Source: a phage
Strand: one strand, 5' to 3'
Sequence record: NC_135728.1
Length of the DNA stretch: 64,000 nucleotides
Shown one piece after another: positions 38,544 through 46,654 of this stretch; within the stretch, counting starts at the first letter, position 1, and each line of letters begins with the position of its first letter. The notes below the pieces were generated by a model. It was not told the DNA's origin. It ran no database searches and saw only the letters and a list, made by a program, of their open reading frames with translations. A program made the translations under genes and the position numbers.

Positions 38544-38894
38544 TTATTTTGCATTCTTGCCTGTATTGCCGCCACGGTACCAGCGTTTGCGGTGAAAATG
38601 GTAATAATCCCCCTCGGCATTAAACATCAGATGATTTTCAATAACCAGCTTACGAAGGTGGGCCGGATCTTGTTCCATTCTTGCCAGATTCCGGCGGCTG
38701 TTACGTAAACGGATAAATTCCATATTCAGGCCGTTGATTGCAGCATGGATGTTAAAGTAACCACCTTTGAGACGTTCACGCATGGCGTTAAGCTCAACAC
38801 AATATACAGATTTCTCACAAATCAAGGTATTAGCTAGGGCGCGGACCTGGGCAAGGGGGTTAAGCTCATTAAGGTAATATAATTTAACTTTCAT
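38544..38894 (-). CDS. hypothetical protein
   Basis: 116-aa ORF. Confidence 0.45.
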   Translation of the reverse strand: MKVKLYYLNELNPLAQVRALANTLICEKSVYCVELNAMRERLKGGYFNIHAAINGLNMEFIRLRNSRRNLARMEQDPAHLRKLVIENHLMFNAEGDYYHFHRKRWYRGGNTGKNAK

Positions 38895-38911
38895 AAAATC
38901 ACCTGTTGAAA

Positions 38912-39220
38912 TTAGTTTGAGAAAACATCGTTCACAATAGCGATCACAATGCCGCTCACCTTGTCACGGTCAACAATGCACAAATCACCATAGATCATGT
39001 GGTAGTCTGGATGATCTTTCACAGAATAGTCAATAAGTGTTTTCTTGTCATCCAGCTTCGTAACTTCCATTCTCATAACGATATGAGAATCATCAAAGGC
39101 ATTATTCCGAAAAGTCATAGCCTGACCGCCAGGGCACCCAGTGATCTCCACTTCCACACCATCTACGATCTGACCATCAAAGAAATAAAGATTATTAGCC
39201 TGGATAAACATGTCTATCAC
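38912..39220 (-). CDS. hypothetical protein
   Basis: 102-aa ORF downstream of copy 1 of the repeated promoter element. Confidence 0.45.
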   Translation of the reverse strand: MIDMFIQANNLYFFDGQIVDGVEVEITGCPGGQAMTFRNNAFDDSHIVMRMEVTKLDDKKTLIDYSVKDHPDYHMIYGDLCIVDRDKVSGIVIAIVNDVFSN

Positions 39221-39257
39221 TCCTTGTTAACTGCGTGGTATTTTAACAGGGTTTAAA

Positions 39258-39303
39258 TTTACTTTATTGATGGCCCTGGAGTCAAGGCCATCTAAAAATA
39301 AAT
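39258..39303 (-). promoter_or_regulatory. repeated palindromic promoter element, copy 1
   Basis: Minus strand AGATGGCCTTGACTCCAGGGCCATCAATAAAGTAAAT: TTGACT-N18-TAAATT with GATGGCC...GGCCATC palindrome. Confidence 0.45.
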
Positions 39304-39304
39304 T

Positions 39305-39505
39305 TTACAGGCCTACAATCTCTTTGATTCGTTTAACCGCTGCCTCAGCGCCTTGGGGGTAAAAATTATGGTAACCAATCACGCGAGTGATACTAATCGC
39401 CGTTTGATGATCTTCATAGTCGCCCTTGAAGATTTCTTGACCGTCAATCAGCACGGCAATTTTTTCTTCTTTTTTGAAGTTAATAACGCGGATATTGTTG
39501 CTCAT
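39305..39505 (-). CDS. hypothetical protein
   Basis: 66-aa ORF with aggaga RBS. Confidence 0.45.
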   Translation of the reverse strand: MSNNIRVINFKKEEKIAVLIDGQEIFKGDYEDHQTAISITRVIGYHNFYPQGAEAAVKRIKEIVGL

Positions 39506-39654
39506 TTTGTTTCTCCTTTCTGGTTTTTGTGGTGGTGGGGATTAGCTCCCCCCGTTGATTGTTATTATCCACATTCCGGACCGGATTGCAACACCCCGGA
39601 AGAAAATTTTTTTTTTTTTTTAAAGATAGGCCCCCATGATCGGGGGCCGTTATC

Positions 39655-39771
39655 AGTTACTTACAGCGATAAAATACATCCCTACGCCTAACAATATTTC
39701 AAGGGCGATGATCTCAAGCCATACCATAGCACGGCGCGCCTTATCGGTGCGGGGCTTATCCTTGGTTGTCA
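39655..39771 (-). CDS. small hydrophobic peptide (about 38 aa)
   Basis: Below ORF-track cutoff; strong RBS ggagggaagggggag; translation MTTKDKPRTDKARRAMVWLEIIALEILLGVGMYFIAVSN; coordinates approximate. Confidence 0.3.
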
Positions 39772-39792
39772 TCGTCTCCCCCTTCCCTCCTG

Positions 39793-40014
39793 TTAGCAGT
39801 TACGTGGTTTGCAATGGCCCCCAGGAGTATTATCACCACGCACATTGCAAGAAAAATTATCTCTGTCGTTGTTCGATCCATTGTTATAAAATTCCTCAAG
39901 ATCAGGCCTGAAAATAAAGCGTTCGTTATTGAATCCGTCACGCCAGGCGGCTGGCTTCAAATCTTCACTAAAGGGATTAATTAACGTGGCATTATTTAAA
40001 CGGTTGGCCCACAT
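39793..40014 (-). CDS. hypothetical protein
   Basis: ORF track 39793..40032; ATG at 40014 after gagaggaa RBS is the likelier start. Confidence 0.4.
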   Translation of the reverse strand: MWANRLNNATLINPFSEDLKPAAWRDGFNNERFIFRPDLEEFYNNGSNNDRDNFSCNVRGDNTPGGHCKPRNC

Positions 40015-40396
40015 ATTTTCTATTCCTCTCAAATAGGCGATCCGCCTCAGTTAAACATATCTCATGGGCTTGATCTCTGGTTTTAGCCTCATCAAAAACC
40101 TGTTGTGCCAGGCTGCAGCGTAGGGAGACTGGAAGATCGCTATAATAGGCGTTGACAAACGTTTGAGCGTCGTACAGGTCTGAAAATACTTTACCCTTTC
40201 TATTATTCCCCTTGTCAACAATTGCAAGGATAACCAATACAATAGTTGCGACTACCCCCAGGAAAATAGATATAATAAACCATAAAAAGGCGGATCTTCC
40301 CATCTTGCCAGCGATCCAGGCGTTAAACAAGGCAACCAATACAGCCAAAATAATAAATTCCATTCTATGTACCTCTTTTACAGTTCTGATTAACAA
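39992..40396 (-). CDS. membrane protein
   Basis: 134 aa with two TM-like segments (FIILAVLVALFNAWIAG, FLWFIISIFLGVVATIVLVILAIV). Confidence 0.5.
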   Translation of the reverse strand: MLIRTVKEVHRMEFIILAVLVALFNAWIAGKMGRSAFLWFIISIFLGVVATIVLVILAIVDKGNNRKGKVFSDLYDAQTFVNAYYSDLPVSLRCSLAQQVFDEAKTRDQAHEICLTEADRLFERNRKYVGQPFK

Positions 40397-40427
40397 TAAG
40401 GCGGCAAATATGCCGCCTGTTACCTGA

Positions 40428-40808
40428 TTAAAAATTATCGCCGTAAATCTTTCCGCTTTCTACCCATACCACCACGCGAGGCATACTATCCCACACGTCT
40501 TGTTTTAGATTGAGCGCGTGCAATTCTTCGGTGGTGCTCATACCGGGCACGGGCTGATTGTATACTGCAAAACGACCGCCTGCATAATCATAGGCCAGGG
40601 TTAAATCACACTGGATCATCTTTTTGATCATGGCATTAAGCATGGCGTTAGCCGCATATTGATCACGTTTTAAAGGCAACTCTTTGATTAGTTTGCGATA
40701 GTTTTCGATATGGTCGCACACTGTTTCACGTGGAAGATCTTTCATATCCTCGCGAAAGGTAACCAGGTTAAACATAACGGTGTCAATGGCTTTAGTGGTG
40801 CTTTTCAT
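40428..40808 (-). CDS. hypothetical protein
   Basis: 126-aa ORF with agagga RBS. Confidence 0.5.
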   Translation of the reverse strand: MKSTTKAIDTVMFNLVTFREDMKDLPRETVCDHIENYRKLIKELPLKRDQYAANAMLNAMIKKMIQCDLTLAYDYAGGRFAVYNQPVPGMSTTEELHALNLKQDVWDSMPRVVVWVESGKIYGDNF

Positions 40809-40896
40809 GATGTTTTCCTCTTTGTTTTGTGTGGGGCAAACGTCTTGCCCCTTGAGTTTTAATATAGCAGGTTTTTAGGTTATTGCAACACTTTAT

Positions 40897-41520
40897 TTAT
40901 GAAAAAGTCATCTCGCCATATTCATCCACATCAAACCGCCAATCATTGGCCTCGATAAGGCCGATCAGGTTTTCGGTAGTAAATTGTTCAAGATAAGCTT
41001 GCTCCAGGTCTACGTAAACCTTGCGGGATAGCTCCCGTACCGTCTCGGTGATCAGCTCTTCCAGCTCTTCAACTTTGTCCTCTTGCTTGGTGGTCAGGTC
41101 TAGCCAATTAGTATCGATGCACCCTCCTATTGTGTTTTCGTGGTGATAATGGCTAAACGGGATACGTTCAACACTGGCTGATAGTTCGCCATCGTGCATT
41201 GTGCCGAACAAGTGACGAATTGATCGGAACTTGGTCAGGGCCTTTACTTTACGCAAGAATTTTTCTAAATCCACGTTTTCCGCACTGATTGACGCGCCGT
41301 CACCCTGGCACCAAAAGCCTGACCAATGTACTTCGGTATCTTCAAGGCCATACTCTGGAAAAACATATTCTTTATAGTATTCAATTACACTTTCTGCAAA
41401 AAAGTTATCCCCGCTGTGTTCTTCTCTTTCGCGTACCATTTCAATGGCTTTTTCTTTTTGTTCGTCGGTCAGCACGTCGAAAGATAAATTGTAACCTGTG
41501 GTAATGTTAACGGTGGTCAT
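40897..41520 (-). CDS. hypothetical acidic protein
   Basis: 207-aa ORF with aggag RBS, downstream of promoter and UTR hairpin. Confidence 0.5.
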   Translation of the reverse strand: MTTVNITTGYNLSFDVLTDEQKEKAIEMVREREEHSGDNFFAESVIEYYKEYVFPEYGLEDTEVHWSGFWCQGDGASISAENVDLEKFLRKVKALTKFRSIRHLFGTMHDGELSASVERIPFSHYHHENTIGGCIDTNWLDLTTKQEDKVEELEELITETVRELSRKVYVDLEQAYLEQFTTENLIGLIEANDWRFDVDEYGEMTFS

Positions 41521-41578
41521 GATATTTTCTCCTGTTTTCTTTGTTAGTGGCGGGAAGTTTTCCCGCCTATGTTTTTTA

Positions 41579-41606
41579 ATTATACTTATTGAGATTTACT
41601 TGTCAA
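41579..41606 (-). promoter_or_regulatory. sigma70-like promoter TTGACA-N16-TATAAT
   Basis: Minus-strand consensus hexamers; transcript leader contains GGCGGGAAAACTTCCCGCC hairpin (plus coords about 41548-41566). Confidence 0.55.
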
Positions 41607-41856
41607 CACTATTTTTTAAATTATTGTGGCGCAAAATGTTTAAAATCTTCTCAACGTCATCAACACGGCGGCAATTTTTAAACGCTACCAATTGCCCCAT
41701 GATTTTAATCACTGGGCGGCCTTGCCAGTGCCCCTGAAGAAAGCGCGCCTTGACTTTATCGGTGGAACTATCACGCCACCAAATAGCCTTGTTGTTGCAG
41801 TAGTAAAAATTATTCAGGATAACATCAACTTTATCAAAATTTTTTAATTTACGCAT
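41596..41856 (-). CDS. hypothetical protein
   Basis: 86-aa ORF. Confidence 0.45.
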   Translation of the reverse strand: MRKLKNFDKVDVILNNFYYCNNKAIWWRDSSTDKVKARFLQGHWQGRPVIKIMGQLVAFKNCRRVDDVEKILNILRHNNLKNSVDK

Positions 41857-41894
41857 GGCGTTTACTCCTTTCTCTCTTTGATGTGGTTAGTATA

Positions 41895-41925
41895 GCTAAC
41901 CTGTTGACGATGTCAATGATATTTT
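41895..41925 (-). promoter_or_regulatory. sigma70-like promoter TTGACA-N16-TATACT
   Basis: Minus-strand hexamers read directly upstream of 41596..41856. Confidence 0.45.
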
Positions 41926-42035
41926 TAACGCCACAAAACGGCCCTGGGCGATGTTTTCAGGTTAAAGGGGGCGATTGCATAGGTGGGGGGCCTTTTTGGC
42001 ACTTATAGGGCCAACCAGGGGCGCTATTCGTAGGG

Positions 42036-42068
42036 TAGAAATAAAAAGCCCCGCACGATGGCGGGGCG
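42036..42068 (-). terminator. rho-independent terminator (minus strand)
   Basis: Minus-strand GCCCCGCC-ATCGT-GCGGGGC hairpin then TTTTTATTTCT after stop of 42076..42297. Confidence 0.6.
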
Positions 42069-42075
42069 TTGGTTG

Positions 42076-42297
42076 TTAGTTGCCTTTGTGGCGGTATCGT
42101 TCCGCCTGCCGTTCACGTTCCAAAAGGAGGCCCGGCAATTTACGATCATAATGATTTCGCCAGATCTTCCCAAATCTTTTTGGCTTATTCAGTTTATTGT
42201 TACGCTGGCGGCGTTCCGGCAGCTCTTCGGAATCATGAGATCGCTTTACAATTTTCTCAAAATTAATCTTCATATATTCCCCCCTTGCTAACTTCAA
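42076..42297 (-). CDS. hypothetical basic protein
   Basis: 73-aa ORF. Confidence 0.4.
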   Translation of the reverse strand: MKLARGEYMKINFEKIVKRSHDSEELPERRQRNNKLNKPKRFGKIWRNHYDRKLPGLLLERERQAERYRHKGN

Positions 42298-42616
42298 TAT
42301 TGGCCTGAATAGCCCGGATACGGCGCTTTATAACTTCCTGATCTGTGTGATCGTATCCCCAAAAGTCCACAATTTTTGCGCCCCCTGCCTCCAAGCGGTA
42401 TAGTGTTTCCTGCATCTTGTAAGCCGGGATCGGTCGCGGTGTTACTTGGTCACCTTCTTTATTTTTATACTTTATAATATAATCTTCGTTATCGTTGAAT
42501 GTCCAAAATGGATATTCTGCAAGGGCGGTACTTCCTCTTTCCTTTTTATCCTGGATCTTGTTTACAATTAAAGCCGTAGCAATAGCGCCAATAATAAAAC
42601 TAGCCCCGCTGATCAT
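42263..42616 (-). CDS. membrane-anchored protein
   Basis: 117 aa with N-terminal TM (ISGASFIIGAIATALIV). Confidence 0.45.
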   Translation of the reverse strand: MISGASFIIGAIATALIVNKIQDKKERGSTALAEYPFWTFNDNEDYIIKYKNKEGDQVTPRPIPAYKMQETLYRLEAGGAKIVDFWGYDHTDQEVIKRRIRAIQANIEVSKGGIYED

Positions 42617-42690
42617 GTACTTTCTCCTTTCAAGGTGTTAATAAATTATCTTTATAGATGGCCCTGCAGCCAGGACCACCGAAAAAATAA

Positions 42691-42936
42691 CTATTTCACA
42701 ATGCCTACAAAACAGATCCCGCCTTCACCTATATAAGCAATATCGGTCACTTTGTAGTTGGTCAAGATCTGTTTATTTAGATCATTAATAAAATCGGTCA
42801 TTGCGTTGGTGTAGTTGTCTTCCGTATCTAAGGCATAATCCCAGGTGTAAACCTTTTTACGTCCGAAGCCTTTTACCATGATACGGGCGCTTTTGGTGTT
42901 GGTAGGGGCATAATATTTGGTGATTAGTGCTGCCAT
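42691..42936 (-). CDS. hypothetical protein
   Basis: 81-aa ORF downstream of copy 2 of the repeated promoter element. Confidence 0.45.
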   Translation of the reverse strand: MAALITKYYAPTNTKSARIMVKGFGRKKVYTWDYALDTEDNYTNAMTDFINDLNKQILTNYKVTDIAYIGEGGICFVGIVK

Positions 42937-42979
42937 GGTTTTAACTCCTATGCATTAGTTCAGTGTTAACAGTATAAAG

Positions 42980-43026
42980 TTTACTTTATTGATGGCCCTG
43001 GTGTCAAGGCCATCTAAAAATAAACT
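42980..43026 (-). promoter_or_regulatory. repeated palindromic promoter element, copy 2
   Basis: Minus strand AGATGGCCTTGACACCAGGGCCATCAATAAAGTAAACT: TTGACA-N18-TAAACT; identical to copy 3. Confidence 0.45.
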
Positions 43027-43367
43027 TACTCGTTTTCTTCCAGCTCCGCAAGCTCTTCTTTTGCTTCTTCCAACTCTGTCTGCAATTCCTGATATTCTTC
43101 ATCGTCCTCAATATCCAGGCTGTCGATGTAGTCGCTAAATCCGCAGCGGTAAGCGATAGGATCTAGCTCCTTGAGGATACGCGACGGAAGAAAAGAAATG
43201 TTTCCGATCATAATTTCGCCGTAGATCTCGTCCAACCATTCATCATAGTTTTCGTCGTACTTGTCCTCGTCGATTTCAAAGTTATCGATCTTATTCTCAA
43301 GGTCTGCGATCTGTTTTTTCAGGGCAGCGATCTGAATAGCTTTTTCTGCGGCGGTCATAGTAGTCAT
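43026..43367 (-). CDS. hypothetical acidic coiled-coil protein
   Basis: 113-aa ORF with aggaga RBS, downstream of promoter and UTR hairpin. Confidence 0.5.
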   Translation of the reverse strand: MTTMTAAEKAIQIAALKKQIADLENKIDNFEIDEDKYDENYDEWLDEIYGEIMIGNISFLPSRILKELDPIAYRCGFSDYIDSLDIEDDEEYQELQTELEEAKEELAELEENE

Positions 43368-43418
43368 GGTGTTTTTCTCCTTTTGTGTGTTCTGGGAAGT
43401 TTTCCCGTTTATGTGTTT

Positions 43419-43446
43419 AGTATACTGATCTAAGTTAGCTTGTCAA
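43419..43446 (-). promoter_or_regulatory. sigma70-like promoter TTGACA-N16-TATACT
   Basis: Minus-strand hexamers; leader contains CGGGAAAACTTCCCAG hairpin. Confidence 0.5.
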
Positions 43447-43566
43447 TTAAAAGTTTAAGAAAAATTTTGCGACACTGTTGGCGCTACCCATCAACATTTG
43501 CGCCAGGATGTAACCAATGATGCAAACGATAATAGTTACCTTTGTGTGCTGGCGTGTAGTACTCAT
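43447..43566 (-). CDS. small hydrophobic peptide (about 39 aa)
   Basis: Below ORF-track cutoff; RBS aaggggg; translation MSTTRQHTKVTIIVCIIGYILAQMLMGSANSVAKFFLNF; coordinates approximate. Confidence 0.3.
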   Translation of the reverse strand: MSTTRQHTKVTIIVCIIGYILAQMLMGSANSVAKFFLNF

Positions 43567-43600
43567 CTTCAAGCCCCCTTTTTAGCTTAACTGGGATTAG

Positions 43601-43647
43601 TTTACTTTATTGATGGCCCTGGTGTCAAGGCCATCTAAAAATAAACT
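43601..43647 (-). promoter_or_regulatory. repeated palindromic promoter element, copy 3
   Basis: Same 47-bp sequence as copy 2. Confidence 0.45.
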
Positions 43648-44042
43648 TAGTAAGTTTTCAGTACTTTCCCGTCCAGTCTGTCAAGCTGGATCTCGATAGC
43701 TGCAGAAAACCTATTATAAACCACATCGCCCATGGAGTCCAGCCAATCTATGACGTTATACACCTGCTCTTTATTCTTGCAAGTCCGGATCCGTTTCATT
43801 ACGTAAGACGGATCAATATTAGTGCTCTCGTTGTTGTGGTCATGCGCCTGGCCTGCTGCATTAGTTATAGATTTTACAACCACCTGAAAGGGCTTTAAGG
43901 TGCCTTTTGCGTTCATCTCACGCGCTTTTGCGGCGCGGTTGTTATATGTTACACAACGGCGGCAAATGTTGACCAAATGCATATCAATAATTTTTTCATC
44001 GTTTGCCAGTTCGTTCATGATGCGGCGTACGTTCTTATTCAT
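43647..44042 (-). CDS. hypothetical protein
   Basis: 131-aa ORF with aggaaa RBS. Confidence 0.5.
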   Translation of the reverse strand: MNKNVRRIMNELANDEKIIDMHLVNICRRCVTYNNRAAKAREMNAKGTLKPFQVVVKSITNAAGQAHDHNNESTNIDPSYVMKRIRTCKNKEQVYNVIDWLDSMGDVVYNRFSAAIEIQLDRLDGKVLKTY

Positions 44043-44090
44043 GATCTTTTTCCTTTGTGTTGGCGGGAAACATTCCCGCCTTTTGTGCCT

Positions 44091-44118
44091 AGTTTACTTG
44101 AATTTTGCAGCGTGTCAA
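44091..44118 (-). promoter_or_regulatory. sigma70-like promoter TTGACA-N16-TAAACT
   Basis: Minus-strand hexamers; leader contains GGCGGGAATGTTTCCCGCC hairpin (about 44062-44080). Confidence 0.5.
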
Positions 44119-44124
44119 TGATTT

Positions 44125-44523
44125 TTATTCGTGGGCGCATGTTACAATGTGCTTTTTATAGCCTAGATGATCAGCAAGTGCCGACAAAAACTCTTCTTCA
44201 TAGATCCAGCCGTTGGCAGTGATCCCCATAGCATTTAATGCGCTCTCAAGTGCTGCGTTAGCTTTATCATAACCGTATCCGCTGGCCTTGCCGCCAGTAT
44301 AACCGTACTTATTGTTCTTGCTGTCGTGCATCCAAAAGACGCAATAATGAGTATTACCGCTGGAGGCGGCATAATACCGGATCTCAGCTACTTCGTGCAA
44401 ATTATTGTCATCGTCCAGGCCCACCAGATTATAAGCCTTATAAAATCCACGATCACGGCGGCAGTTCTTGACATCAGAAAAAGAAAAGTCCGCATTATCA
44501 AAATTAAAGGTGGTGGTTTTCAT
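44125..44523 (-). CDS. hypothetical protein
   Basis: 132-aa ORF with agagga RBS. Confidence 0.5.
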   Translation of the reverse strand: MKTTTFNFDNADFSFSDVKNCRRDRGFYKAYNLVGLDDDNNLHEVAEIRYYAASSGNTHYCVFWMHDSKNNKYGYTGGKASGYGYDKANAALESALNAMGITANGWIYEEEFLSALADHLGYKKHIVTCAHE

Positions 44524-44587
44524 GATTTTATCCTCTTAGTGTCTTTTGTGCTTTTAGTGTATTTGGTGTCGTACTATATGTCAATAC

Positions 44588-44785
44588 TTATTTTTTATTA
44601 AACCAGTGGTTGATCTGGCCTTTTGTCAGGGCGCAACGATTAAGCTGTTGCCGGGTATAGCTCTGACCACGACGGAATTTATAAAGGCCTTGCCCGTTGT
44701 TGATGGTTACATCCACCCGGCAAATCACTTGATCCGTGACCACCTGGCGAGTGTTGCGACGTACTTTGATTCCGTAGGCGTTCAT
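44588..44785 (-). CDS. hypothetical basic protein
   Basis: 65-aa ORF with agagga RBS. Confidence 0.45.
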   Translation of the reverse strand: MNAYGIKVRRNTRQVVTDQVICRVDVTINNGQGLYKFRRGQSYTRQQLNRCALTKGQINHWFNKK

Positions 44786-44849
44786 GATTTTTTATCCTCT
44801 TTGTTAATTAGTGCGGTGTTGTTCACCTTGCGATAATAAGAATAACAAG

Positions 44850-44885
44850 AACTGCCCGAGCTGTCAACCATTATGTAAAATTATT
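44850..44885 (-). promoter_or_regulatory. sigma70-like promoter TTGACA-N17-TATTCT
   Basis: Minus-strand hexamers upstream of 44588..44785 with AT-rich upstream tract. Confidence 0.4.
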
Positions 44886-45014
44886 TTTTGGGTAGAATTC
44901 TCCAGCCGCCACCCCTGCCAGGTTTGCAAGCTTTCACTCTCCCACCTGGTCAGTTAGGTCCTGCTAGGGCTGGCCCCGCCAGGTTGCAGCAGTTGACGCA
45001 CTATGTTAGAAAAA

Positions 45015-45145
45015 TTTTTTGAAAAGTGTTGACAACGGCCCCACCAGGTGGCACAATATACATATCGAAAGGACGGCAGGCACCGGTGACGGGGGAGACA
45101 ACCACCGGGGATGGGCGCTGCATAAAATGAGAACGGTTATCATTA
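45015..45145 (+). ncRNA. candidate small RNA 1 (promoter plus structured region)
   Basis: AT-rich UP-like tract then TTGACA-N17-CACAAT; downstream GC-rich palindromic segment CACCGGTGACGGGGGAGACAACCACCGGGG and 3' motif GAGAACGGTTATCATT; no ORF. Confidence 0.3.
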
Positions 45146-45174
45146 TCATTTAAAAATTTATGCAAAAAGTCCTT

Positions 45175-45285
45175 GCTTTCTTTGTCCTGTGTGATACTAT
45201 AATAACAAGCCGGGGCAGCAGGGGCCGGGAGACAATCACCGGGCCTGCCCGTTATTCTGCAAACGAGAATGATTATCATTCAAAA
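45175..45285 (+). ncRNA. candidate small RNA 2 (promoter plus structured region)
   Basis: TTGCTT-N16-TACTAT with TG extension; downstream GC-rich segment GGGGCAGCAGGGGCCGGGAGACAATCACCGGGCCTGCCCG and 3' motif GAGAATGATTATCATT parallel to candidate 1. Confidence 0.3.
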
Positions 45286-45394
45286 TTCTAAATGAGAACT
45301 CCTCGCATTTAATAAATTTAATTAGCATGCTAATTACCATCCGTAACAATTTCCTATAAAACAGTATCCACTAAAATATTCCCATATAGAAATT

Positions 45395-45800
45395 TTAAAA
45401 ATCCATTTCTGAAAACGAAAAATCGATTTCGTCCCCAAAAATTTCAGGTCGAGAGCCGGAACGATTTCCAGAAAATCCGATTCAGAAAACGAAAAACAGA
45501 TCGAGTACTGAGAAATTTATCGAGAAAAATTTTCAGAAAATTCAATCTTTGAAATGAAAAACAGATCGAGTACCTGGAAAGCTGCACCGCAACTTCAAGA
45601 TAGTGGTTAGATTGTTACCATAGAAGGTCAAGGGTAAGTGGAGGGAGTTATAGTAGAAGGATGTGAGTATGTGCAGGAAATCTGTAATGGTGGTCTGGAA
45701 TATGGTGCAAACGATAGGATGGGTGATTCAGCTTGTCGCGCCCACTCTGAAAAAATCCATTTTAGTTTTCGATCCATTTTCTGATTTTCTAAGGATTTTA
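45395..45800. repeat. degenerate TTC(A/T)GAAAA repeat array
   Basis: At least 7 copies of TTCAGAAAA/TTCTGAAAA/TCCAGAAAA plus longer repeats GAAAACGAAAAA(T/C)(C/A)GAT and AAATCCATTTTAG x2. Confidence 0.5.
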
Positions 45801-45886
45801 AAATATCCAGCCCGGTGAAATATCAAAAGGAGGAAATCCATTTTAGAAATCCTCCTTACACTTGATATGCCAGGAATTTTCAAGTA

Positions 45887-46216
45887 TCAGCTGTCTTTGT
45901 TTTTAGGTTTGTACATGCGCAGAGGTATGGTCTTTGTAACATTCCATTTCCTCAACCCTTCCCAGCTCCAGTTGTGGGCGTGATACCCGGTTATGCATGC
46001 ACTGCTGGCGTGATCATAGGCATAAGAGAACGCTATGCGTAACAGGTGGGGCCAGTCTCTCCACGGCTGTGGTCCGTAAGCCTTTCTCCAACACCGACAT
46101 AAACTAAATGTCTCAAGAATAGGCAGGATAACAAATCCATACACCACCACCAAGATGATCAGCGCAATGATTGTCAGGAATACATACCCTGCAGTTGAAA
46201 TGATGATCTCTGTCAT
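45887..46216 (-). CDS. membrane protein
   Basis: 109 aa with N-terminal TM segments. Confidence 0.5.
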   Translation of the reverse strand: MTEIIISTAGYVFLTIIALIILVVVYGFVILPILETFSLCRCWRKAYGPQPWRDWPHLLRIAFSYAYDHASSACITGYHAHNWSWEGLRKWNVTKTIPLRMYKPKNKDS

Positions 46217-46413
46217 TTGTCATCCCCTTTACGAATATAGATGTGTGAGCCTGCCTGTATATAAATTTCTCGACCATCTTCTGCAAAGATGTGGAATACA
46301 CGGTCACCTTCGTATTCAACACGAGATATCTTCATAACGGTCTTCCCACCAGGAATGCGGATCTCATCCCCCACAGCAATGTTCCATGCAGATTTAAGCT
46401 TAAACATCGACAC
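46213..46413 (-). CDS. hypothetical protein
   Basis: 66-aa ORF, coupled. Confidence 0.4.
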   Translation of the reverse strand: MSMFKLKSAWNIAVGDEIRIPGGKTVMKISRVEYEGDRVFHIFAEDGREIYIQAGSHIYIRKGDDK

Positions 46414-46645
46414 CCTCCTTTGGGAACTTGAACTCTGGCATAGCCATATACGCTACAACAGGGTTGTGATCAAAGTAGAACTGACCATTAATTATCCCAG
46501 TTTTTTGCACATAGTCACCAGATCCTGCAAGAACAACCTCGCAAGCTCCGAAATCTACATTGCCATCCTCATCAGCCATGGCTACGATATACTTTCCAAG
46601 AGGCATGTTTTTAACGCCGTCTACAAATGTCCACTCTGTGTTCAT
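46400..46645 (-). CDS. hypothetical protein
   Basis: 81-aa ORF, coupled. Confidence 0.4.
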   Translation of the reverse strand: MNTEWTFVDGVKNMPLGKYIVAMADEDGNVDFGACEVVLAGSGDYVQKTGIINGQFYFDHNPVVAYMAMPEFKFPKEGVDV

Positions 46646-46654
46646 ACTTTACCC

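Noticed and set aside
39353-39691. 112-aa plus-strand ORF
   Set aside because: Runs through the poly-T tract (giving FFFFF) and is antisense to a minus-strand gene
45001-45279. 92-aa minus-strand ORF as a gene
   Set aside because: Overlaps the two promoter-like elements and the repeated element; no RBS; similarity to ORF 35707 is at nucleotide level on the opposite strand
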